Of a stretch of 6,792 nt of DNA, positions 1-6,660 are shown piece after piece; positions within the stretch are counted from its first letter, which is position 1; each line of letters starts with the position of its first letter. The stretch spans positions 1-6,792 of the forward strand of contig NW_021829255.1 of NCBI RefSeq assembly GCF_006345805.1, read 5' to 3'. A program made the translations under genes and the position numbers. Origin of the DNA: Octopus sinensis. Lineage: Eukaryota. The notes under the pieces were generated by a model. That model worked only from the letters and a program-made list of their open reading frames with translations, was not told where the DNA came from and ran no database searches.

Positions 1-350
1 TCAAACTCTGTTTACGTCTCTGCAGTATTTTTTATTATAGTTTATACATATAAGCATTGCTCTCACGAACACACACAAGATTACATACAAATAGAATAAT
101 TATGTTATTAGCTATAATTTAATTGTTGTAACTATATCCATATCTGTATGTTAATAGCATACTTCAGTATGTGTGCACGTAGAAAATATCTTTGGAAAGC
201 TTCCTTGTGCTTGCGCCTGTTCGCAGAAGCGTTCCCATTCTTTCTCTCTCCGCCTCTGTACGTTCGTTTATGCGATATGCATAATCAAATGTAGGTAGAT
301 TCGGGTGCTTCTCTCTGGACTATTTACCGTGAAAGAATAAACACTTCTAT

Positions 351-430
351 GCACACACCCACAAACACAAGCACACGTATACACACACACACCACACAAA
401 CGCACACCACACAAACACACACAAACATAC
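351..430. repeat. Degenerate (CA)n / (CACAAA)-type microsatellite
   Basis: Imperfect CA-rich run (cacacacccacaaacacaagcacacgtatacacacacacaccacacaaac...) read directly. Confidence 0.9.
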
Positions 431-450
431 AGATATAGCTGCATATATAT

Positions 451-545
451 GTGGTGAGATGTTTGCTCCCCAACCACATAGTTCCGGGTTCAGTCCTACT
501 GCGTGGCACCTTGGGCAAGTGTCTTCAGCTATAGCCTGGGGCCGA

Positions 546-599
<54 letters not shown>

Positions 600-614
600 A
601 TGTGTGTGTGTATG

Positions 615-650
<36 letters not shown>

Positions 651-927
651 TGTATATATATATTATATATATGCATGTATGGATGTGTGTATATATGCAT
701 GTATGTATTTATGTATGTATGAATGTATGTATAAGTTTGTGTGTCTGCATTTGCTCCCTTGCCATCGCTTGACAACTGATGTTGGTGTGTTTACGTCCTC
801 GTAACTTAGCGGTTGACAAGAAGCGCCCGATAGAATAAGTAGTAGGCTTACAAGGAATACGTTCTTGGGGCGATTTCTTGAACTAAATAACGCGGTGTTC
901 CAGACTGGCCGCAGTCATATGACTGAA
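451..927 (+). mobile_element. tRNA-derived, CORE-like SINE (octopus-type), copy 1: 5'-truncated, 48-nt internal deletion, expanded internal microsatellite, tail missing
   Basis: 451-548 aligns ungapped to 2450-2547 at 83/98 (hand count). B-box GGTTCAGTCC at 487-496; CCTTGGGCAAGT CORE-like motif present. The 3' part 741-927 (gcttgacaac...acttagcggtt...cgatagaata...ggccgcagtca..atgactgaa) parallels 2641-2820. Confidence 0.9.
549..740. repeat. Compound microsatellite (TA)16-(TG)9-(TATG)n inside SINE copy 1
   Basis: (TA)16 at 549-580, (TG)9 at 581-598, then imperfect TG/TATG repeats. Confidence 0.95.
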
Positions 928-929
928 TC

Positions 930-1270
930 ATGTTCCTCTTAGCGGGCTCATCATACACATTTGTCAGGTCAAACTTACCATAAAAAATCATTCCACCTGT
1001 TCTTCGAAGAATTTAACCTATGTTTTCAAATGTGGAGACTACATAGGTCAAACTAGTTTAACCTTGAGGGATAGACAAACGGTGCACATGCAACAAATCC
1101 AGGAATCCACTCCCGTAAGCTAACACCTAGACCAATGCCTCGTAAAGATAAACCCGAAATACCAAATCTTCCTTCTCTATCAAGGCACCTGAGAGAGCTA
1201 TACCAAATTCCGTTTAAACAAGGAAAGTATACTCATTAAAAAATATAATCTACAGCTGAATATCCTTTAG
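930..1270 (+). pseudogene. Decayed GIY-YIG endonuclease C-terminus of a Penelope-like retroelement
   Basis: Manual translation of the frame with TAC at 1040: TIKNHSTCSSKNLTYVFKCGDYIGQTSLTLRDRQTVHMQQIQESTPVS*HLDQCLVKINPKYQIFLLYQGT*ESYTKFRLNKESILIKKYNLQLNIL*. It shows NLTY..YIG, Arg (1073), His (1085), Glu (1223) and Asn (1259) in GIY-YIG order, plus Cys residues of the PLE linker. Internal stops at 1121 and 1190; terminal TAG 1268-1270. Upstream FLLAGSSYTF (933-962) is in a shifted frame. Confidence 0.85.
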
Positions 1271-1424
1271 AAAGAAGAAAAAATGCTAAAGACAAAAAGG
1301 GTCAAAAATTCAAATCCTCCACAAAAAAAAGACAATCGGGACCATCAGACAGTTTTAAAAACAGTTTTTCACCCGGTTTTCGAAACAGCAACTCCAAATC
1401 ACCAGACAATAACATCATACAAAC

Positions 1425-1458
1425 ACCAATTGATGACGTCACTAACTCTAGACCAATC
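1425..1458 (+). promoter_or_regulatory. CCAAT - CRE (TGACGTCA) - CCAAT cluster
   Basis: CCAAT 1426-1430, perfect palindromic TGACGTCA 1434-1441, GACCAATC 1451-1458. The motifs are seen; function is untested. Confidence 0.4.
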
Positions 1459-1532
1459 AAAATTTTACCTCCGATCAAAACCGAACTTCAACAAATACAA
1501 CAAAATGAACCTTTAAGAGATTCGACCAACCA

Positions 1533-1572
1533 GAACGGCTGATGACCGTTCCCCACAGGGAAGCCAACCAGG
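1533..1572 (+). ncRNA. Degenerate hammerhead-ribozyme-like motif (probably inactive)
   Basis: CTGATGA core at 1539-1545, then hairpin TTCCC-caca-GGGAA (1549-1562). The required GAAA is replaced by GCCAACC and no stem I partner was found. Confidence 0.25.
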
Positions 1573-2089
1573 CATAACGACAAACTTGACCACCGGAAAA
1601 ACAAGACGCCACCAGTACTTTATCGAATCAAAAATCAGATCCGCTCGCGGAAAAAAAATTATACATATACCGGATTCCAAAACACACCGTTACAAGCGAA
1701 AGTTCCTCCACGCGACGGAACAATAATCAGAGAAATGTAAACCAAATCCCTTTTTTTTACTATCTTCATTTTCCCCTTGTTTTTCTTCTTCGAAACTCAG
1801 TATGCCTGAAATATTGATGATATTTATTTCTTGTCGATCACTACTAACATTAATGAACTTGGTACATTTAAACAAGTTGATGCACAGTTTTTATATCATT
1901 GACTGTTATGAACATTTAAACTTGTCAACATTGAAACTTTGAAACATGTTTTTCTAATTCATAATTCTAAATTTTTACCATTGATACAGTGGATTTTGTT
2001 TAAATTGTCTGAATATGAACCGGGACGACTAAGGCTAAAATATCGTGGACTATAGATATTCTGGTTTGGCGTTAACTACAGCTTAAAGA

Positions 2090-2141
2090 CAACAACAGCA
2101 TCAACAGAAGCAACAACAACAACAACGACGTCAGCAACAGC
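2090..2141. repeat. Imperfect (CAA/CAG)n trinucleotide repeat
   Basis: caacaacagcatcaacagaagcaacaacaacaacaacgacgtcagcaacagc. Confidence 0.9.
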
Positions 2142-2164
2142 GATATTGGAAGCAAAAAATAACA

Positions 2165-2330
2165 ACCTGTGCCCGGTTAAGAAGTTTGCTATGCAACCAT
2201 GCAGATTAGAGATCGATTCCATTGCGCACCTGTCACGACTAGCAAGTGTCTTCTACCACACCTTGACGTTCACCAATGGCTAATGAGCAGGTTTTAGGAT
2301 CCGGAAACACCGTAGACTTTCCGGAAACTG
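2165..2330 (+). mobile_element. Old, highly diverged head fragment of the same or a related SINE family
   Basis: Colinear with copies 1 and 2: ggttaagaagtttgct..caacca ~ ggtaagtagcttg..caaccac; gcaagtgtcttctac at 2242-2256; accaa..g.ct..tgag ~ accaaagccttgtgag; gtagac..cggaaactg at the end. Confidence 0.6.
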
Positions 2331-2438
2331 GTGCCATGCGAACAACTACCTTTTTATATTTGTTCTGAATCTAGTTAGAGACAGTTCGTCAGAAATGCAG
2401 ACGACATTTGAGTGACCTTAAGAAAATCTACAAACACA

Positions 2439-2836
2439 GGAGTGGCTGTGTGGTAAGTAGCTTGTTTACCAAGCACATGGTTCCGGGTTCAGTCCCACTG
2501 CGTGGCACCTTGGGTAACTGTCTTCTACTATAGCCTCGGGCCGACCAAAGCCTTGTGAGTGGATTTGGTATACGGAAACTGAAAGAAGCCCGTCGTATAT
2601 ATGTATATGTATATATGTGTGTGTGTGTGCTTGTGTGTCTGTGTTTGTCCCCAGCATGCTTGCTTGACAACCGATGGGTGTGTTTATGTCCCGTTACTTA
2701 GCGGTTCGGCAAAAGAGACCGATAGAATAGTACTGGGCTTACAAAAGAATAAGTCCCGGGGGGGGTAGAGTTGCTCGATTAAAGGCGGTGCTCCAGCATG
2801 GCCGCAGTCAAATGACTGAAACAACTAAAAGAGTAA
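2439..2836 (+). mobile_element. Near-complete tRNA-derived, CORE-like SINE (octopus-type), copy 2
   Basis: tRNA-like head with A and B boxes, CCTTGGG core, body to 2595, short internal (TA)/(TG) tract ~2596-2645, conserved 3' region and A-rich tail (acaactaaaagagtaa). It is homologous to 451-927. No target-site duplication found. Confidence 0.93.
2443..2496 (+). promoter_or_regulatory. Internal RNA Pol III promoter (A box and B box) of SINE copy 2
   Basis: TGGCTGTGTGG (2443-2453) fits TRGCNNARYGG with one mismatch. GGTTCAGTCCC (2486-2496) resembles GGTTCRANNCC at tRNA-like spacing. Confidence 0.75.
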
Positions 2837-3162
2837 TACGTTTCTTTAAGGACATATACGACTGTACATGTACTTAAATCGCCTGAAACCCTAGTCTAAA
2901 CACATAAGTTTTGCACATCTCTGTAAGCCCCTCTTGATACAATACATTAAACCTTTCCTTCCAATTCTTTTACTGATTTCAGTTATGAGAGAATGGTAAT
3001 GCAGAGCAACTTCCTGTGAAATAGGATATAAGTTTTAATCGATTTTATTGCCTCAATCTCCATCGATCTCGAACGGGTCAAAAACTTAAATATATTTGGA
3101 CGAGAAGCCGACATCAGAAAACCTACAAAACTATTTTGTCTGACGCCAAACAGATTCTGATG

Positions 3163-3332
3163 CATACATACATACATACAAACATACAAACATACTTACA
3201 TACATACATACATACATACATACCTACATGCATACATACATACATACAAACATACATACATACATACAAACATACAAACATACATGCATACACACATACA
3301 TACATACATACATACATACATACATACATACA

Positions 3333-3364
<32 letters not shown>

Positions 3365-3390
3365 CAAATACACATATATGTGTGTGTGTA
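3163..3390. repeat. Long (CATA)n tetranucleotide microsatellite with CAAA variants, ending in short (TG)n
   Basis: About 200 nt of catacata repeats, read directly. It is the source of ORFs 3123-3413, 3136-3420 and 3196-3405. Confidence 0.97.
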
Positions 3391-3404
3391 CGTAAGCATA
3401 AACA

Positions 3405-3997
3405 TTGGGTCATCCCATAATTAATAATGTTATTTCAATTTCATGAACCAAGTCGGAGGGAGACGGTAGTAATTTTATCTTGTCCTTATTCTTAGTGCAA
3501 GTTTTAGAGAGTGCAGTTCGATTTTAACAGCTATTCTTTCAAAGCTATAATGGAAGTGACAAAAGAGCATATTCAGCATATTTTGTTTTATGTGTTCAAT
3601 AAAGGCAACAACGCAACGGAAAGTGCAAGGAAAGTGCAGTATATGGGGATCGGACAATAAACGAAAGCCAGTGGTTCCAGAACTTCAGTGCAGGAAACTA
3701 CAGCATAGAAGACAAACCTCGTCTTGGAAGATCTCTAGAGCACGACGAGGACGTCCTGCAAACTCTGGTGTAAAGAAATCCCATCGTAACTGTTGAGGAA
3801 CTAGCAAAAAAGCTTGGATTTGGCCGTTCACCACTCATCGACAGCAAATTGGGTCAATATGTTCCTCACAAAATATCCGAGTCTAATCGATCACAGAGAG
3901 TAAATGTGAGGTTCTTCTTTGCTGCCACGTCTCCCGAATGAACCTACTTTTGGACCGAATAGTGACTGGTGATAAGAAATGAGTTCTCTATGAAAAA
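3405..3997 (+). mobile_element. Decayed mariner (Tc1/mariner) DNA transposon: left TIR, 5' UTR and 5' part of transposase
   Basis: Starts TTGGGTCATCCCATAA after CA (possibly a mutated TA target site), similar in form to mariner ends such as TA|TTAGGT. A transposase remnant begins 145 nt downstream. Confidence 0.88.
3550..3996 (+). pseudogene. Mariner transposase pseudogene (N-terminal HTH region to first catalytic Asp)
   Basis: MEVTKEHIQHILFYVFNKGNNATESARK / frameshift ~3635 / AVYGDRTINESQWFQNFSAGNYSIEDKPRLGRSLEHDEDVLQTLV*RNPIVTVEELAKKLGFG..SKLGQYVPHKISESNRSQRV / frameshifts / DRIVTGDKK*VLYE. Matches mariner motifs WF..F, ED.PRSGRP, WVPHEL (YVPHK, 3858-3872) and IVTGDEKW (Asp at 3971-3973). 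Stops at 3771 and 3980. Confidence 0.93.
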
Positions 3998-4213
3998 AGT
4001 TGGATTTTTACCGGTAGATTTAGAAAATAATTTTTTGTAACTAAACACTTTCAAACTTCGTATACTGGTAGAATGTGTCATATAAAACATCTTTTACTCT
4101 CAGCATTTTTGAGAAAAGTTTATATTTACGAAGTTATTTCGTGTTAAAGTTGTCGTGTTTCGGTAATTTCAACCAATCAATGACGTGCATTCTGCTGAAT
4201 AAAATTATTGCTG
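3998..4213. mobile_element. Unidentified non-mariner segment, putative fragment of another interspersed repeat
   Basis: Transposase similarity ends abruptly at ~3997. The segment lies between the transposase and a candidate right-TIR remnant and contains CCAATCAATGACGT. Its repeat nature cannot be shown from this window alone. Confidence 0.4.
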
Positions 4214-4226
4214 TAATATGATCCAA

Positions 4227-4253
4227 TATATGTGTGCGTGATATATATATATA

Positions 4254-4293
<40 letters not shown>

Positions 4294-4332
4294 TATATAT
4301 ATATATATTATATATATAATATATATATATAT
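4227..4332. repeat. Compound (TG)/(TA)n microsatellite with TT/AA interruptions
   Basis: Read directly. Confidence 0.95.
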
Positions 4333-4475
4333 TGAGCGACAGAGGGAAAAAGTGACAGAGGCAGAAACGAAAGAAAGATTGAAATGCTTATTATTTCTGG
4401 CTAAGTATTTGCTCATATCAAATGATGGCTGTATGTGTAACTGTATGCTCTTTGTTAGGTGTAGATTCTGCCTGT

Positions 4476-4495
4476 CTTCCTTCCTTCCTTCCTGC

Positions 4496-4559
<64 letters not shown>

Positions 4560-4594
4560 TTTCTTTCTCTCATTCTCTCTCTCTTCTCCTCTCC
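4476..4594. repeat. Polypyrimidine tract: (CTTC)n - (TTTC)15 - (CT)n
   Basis: Perfect (TTTC)15 at 4497-4556, flanked by CTTC and CT repeats. Confidence 0.97.
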
Positions 4595-4673
4595 CACACA
4601 CACACGTACATATATATATGCATACAACACACACACACACACACACAGGCATACACACACACATACATACACA
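4595..4673. repeat. (CA)n/(TA)n compound microsatellite
   Basis: Read directly; abuts the polypyrimidine tract. Confidence 0.93.
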
Positions 4674-4916
4674 AAAAGTACTCTTGTGCGCAATCTATCG
4701 AATTATCGCGATATTAAATTTAAGAAAATATTATTTTATGTCCGGCTACAAACCGTTCCTTTTTCTTTTTATTCTAAATGACTTTGGCTCTGCAAAGAAA
4801 GCCACATTTGTTTTCTGATTACCAGTATCAACTATAGGCATCGCTTTACGATACGTTTCTTTTTTTATGCCCTTTACTGATTCTGTCACGTATAACTGAG
4901 CTGCCAATCTCAGTTC

Positions 4917-4917
4917 G

Positions 4918-4982
<65 letters not shown>

Positions 4983-4985
4983 GCA
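4917..4985. repeat. (TA)n-(TG)n-(TA)n compound microsatellite
   Basis: Read directly; lies just upstream of a SINE tail fragment. Confidence 0.95.
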
Positions 4986-5000
4986 AATATTTATGCACAT

Positions 5001-5050
5001 ATGACCGCAGCCGCATGGCTGAAACGAGTAAAAGAATAAAAGTAAAAGAA
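5001..5050 (+). mobile_element. Isolated 3' end and tail of the same SINE family
   Basis: 5001-5039 atgaccgcagccgcatggctgaaacgagtaaaagaataa vs 2798-2836 atggccgcagtcaaatgactgaaacaactaaaagagtaa is 31/39 ungapped, followed by further TAAAAG(AA) tail units. Confidence 0.75.
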
Positions 5051-5145
5051 CACACACACACATGCATGTATGTGTATATATAAGTATACATGTGATTATA
5101 CACATATACATATATGTATATACATATGTATATGTATGTATACAT
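5051..5145. repeat. Mixed (CA)/(TA)/(TATG) low-complexity repeat
   Basis: Read directly. Confidence 0.85.
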
Positions 5146-5994
5146 TTAATCCATGACTAACACTCTATGTTAAAGGTAGCGTTTGGAAGTTACAGTTTTT
5201 CATACATAGCGAATATATTATACCAAACTCTCTGTATTTCTGCATTTTTGAATTGTCGATGACATTGGTTCCGGTTTATATATGTATACACAAACATACA
5301 TGTCTACAAGGATGTTATCGGAATTGGTCACGTCGAGGAATATATTAGAGAATATTGTCATTCATATACAGAAAAAAAATGAAATGGATGGTCACAACTG
5401 GAAGACTTTTATCATCAGTCTACCCAGAGTTGACCGCTAGGTCAACATCTTCTGAATATATTTCCGGCCTATGCGTCTCAATTTGGCGGGGAAAAAATCG
5501 CCTTTCTGTTGAAAAGTACTCAGAATTTATCCATGTGCACCCTTCACGTTTGAAACTCGCAATTAAACAAACAATCTCAAACATACATACACAGAATATA
5601 TATACGCATGTGCACAAAACGCACTGAAACGTATACTCTGACGAAACAAACACTTCCACTAGTTATCTATTCAGATGTATACACACACATAAGCTTATAC
5701 AATGAGGCACACAGGCATTTGATCAGTGAATAGAAATTAATGAGATAAATACAAGATGTCCGTCTCTGTGTTTGTATAAAAACAAATGTTGTTTCAAAAA
5801 CTGTTTAGAGGTGTTACGTGAAAAAGTGAAATTTAGCGATTTCACAAATAAATACAAACTAATAAATGGAGCACACAAAAGTAAGTCCTGTAGAGATGAT
5901 GCGATCGACAAAACCGTGGAGTTTACCATCATAGACATATATTCAGTAATATACATATGTATTTGAGAACGTGTGAGTTCGGGTATATGTGGGT

Positions 5995-6061
5995 GTGACT
6001 GTCTATGTGTGTATGTATATATGTATGTATGTATATATATATATATATAGCTATATATATA

Positions 6062-6094
<33 letters not shown>

Positions 6095-6145
6095 ATGTGT
6101 GTGTGTGAAACCTGAAGTCCCAGTCAACTTGATCTTCACTGTATG

Positions 6146-6192
<47 letters not shown>

Positions 6193-6210
6193 CCTATATA
6201 TAATATATAT
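5995..6210. repeat. Two compound (TG)/(TATG)/(TA)n arrays separated by a ~34-nt unique spacer (6107-6140)
   Basis: Read directly. Confidence 0.93.
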
Positions 6211-6436
6211 ACAAAATTTAGAGGACTGCCCACTAAAAGTGGATAGCCTGCATGCTAGATATAGACGTCAAAATCGACATTTTCCACGAAGAAAGTGTTT
6301 TCAAGAAAAAAATTTTGCAAAAAACCAAAGTGTAAAAATAAGCAAGACAAATGAAAATATACGAAATAAAAAACGTTTACCTATGTACTAATTACTTTCA
6401 CTTGTTAATATTTACGTATATAGATACGTGAACATC

Positions 6437-6660
6437 TACAAGATCATCAGCATAGTCTGTCGTTTACGAAACACAATTTCCAGAACTAGATAGAGAGCGC
6501 TCGACCGAAATCCTTCCCCACTATCAGTTCAGGTATGATACAACCTGAAGTCAACGCATTAGTAAAGAGTCATTCTTTATCACAAAATACCAACCCCCTT
6601 TGAATGCATCCACAAAAAATGACACTGTCACCAGAGCCTTAGAATAACACCAACGCAAAT
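6437..6660 (-). pseudogene. Possible highly decayed non-LTR reverse transcriptase fragment (YADD motif)
   Basis: Minus strand GAC TAT GCT GAT GAT CTT GTA = DYADDLV at 6457-6437. There is a vague GV..QGS-like stretch (ggtgttattctaaggctctg) ~190 nt upstream, but no continuous frame. Confidence 0.3.

Larger units (their letters stand above)
1271..1600 (+). mobile_element. Putative 3' non-coding / pseudo-LTR region of the Penelope-like element (right boundary uncertain)
   Basis: Directly follows the GIY-YIG stop with the same A/C-rich strand bias, and holds CCAAT boxes, a CRE and a CTGATGA motif. Membership in the element is inferred from position and composition. Confidence 0.5.

Noticed and set aside
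268-804. ORFs 268-477, 324-518, 347-775, 459-722, 503-772 and 580-804
   Set aside because: Translations of SINE and microsatellite sequence (YI/VC/HT repeats) with no protein-like content.
1283-1516. 77-aa ORF MLKTKRVKNSNPPQ...
   Set aside because: It starts after the GIY-YIG stop, has no recognisable motif, and is probably open because the A/C-rich strand is poor in stop codons.
1546-1740. Two overlapping stop-free frames downstream of the CTGATGA motif (possible N-terminus of a tandem PLE ORF)
   Set aside because: No start codon and no motif I can recognise; composition explains the openness.
2090-2141. CAA/CAG repeat as a polyglutamine exon
   Set aside because: No supporting ORF or splice context; treated as a non-coding SSR.
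2428-2670. Minus-strand ORFs 2428-2670 and 2466-2657
   Set aside because: Antisense readings of SINE copy 2; similar peptides arise from copy 1.
2983-3160. Non-repetitive stretch with short open frames on both strands
   Set aside because: No recognisable domain or splice signals.
3123-3420. ORFs over the (CATA)n array
   Set aside because: MYVC/HTYI repeats are microsatellite artefacts.
3590-3796. 68-aa ORF MCSIKATTQRK...
   Set aside because: Out-of-frame reading of the mariner transposase pseudogene.
4894-4915. Hairpin AACTGAG-N8-CTCAGTT
   Set aside because: A 7-bp stem is plausible by chance in 6.8 kb, and there is no functional context.
4746-4916. Protein-looking end of minus ORF 4746-5111 (LRLAAQLYVTESVKGIKK...) and a possible acceptor tttgttttctgattaccag
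   Set aside because: No domain recognised, the ORF starts within a microsatellite, and no convincing acceptor/donor pair exists. RNA-seq would be needed.
5412-5644. Other CTGANGA hammerhead-core matches (minus 5412-5418, plus 5638-5644; also minus 522-528, 6444-6450 and one near 2386)
   Set aside because: None has a stem II followed by GAAA and stem III. The 6444-6450 match is simply the ADD codons of the YADD motif.
5772-5966. 64-aa ORF with a strong GTAAGT donor at 5881
   Set aside because: No polypyrimidine acceptor upstream and no recognisable peptide; isolated donor hexamers are common.
6107-6140. Unique spacer between two (TA)n arrays, sharing aacctgaagtc with 6542-6552
   Set aside because: An 11-nt match and a weak bulged stem are not above chance. 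The similarity of the flanking arrays reflects low complexity, and this is not a CRISPR-like structure.
6143-6391. 82-aa ORF with a basic C-terminal part
   Set aside because: It starts in a (TA)n array; the K/N/R richness reflects A-rich DNA, and no domain was recognised.
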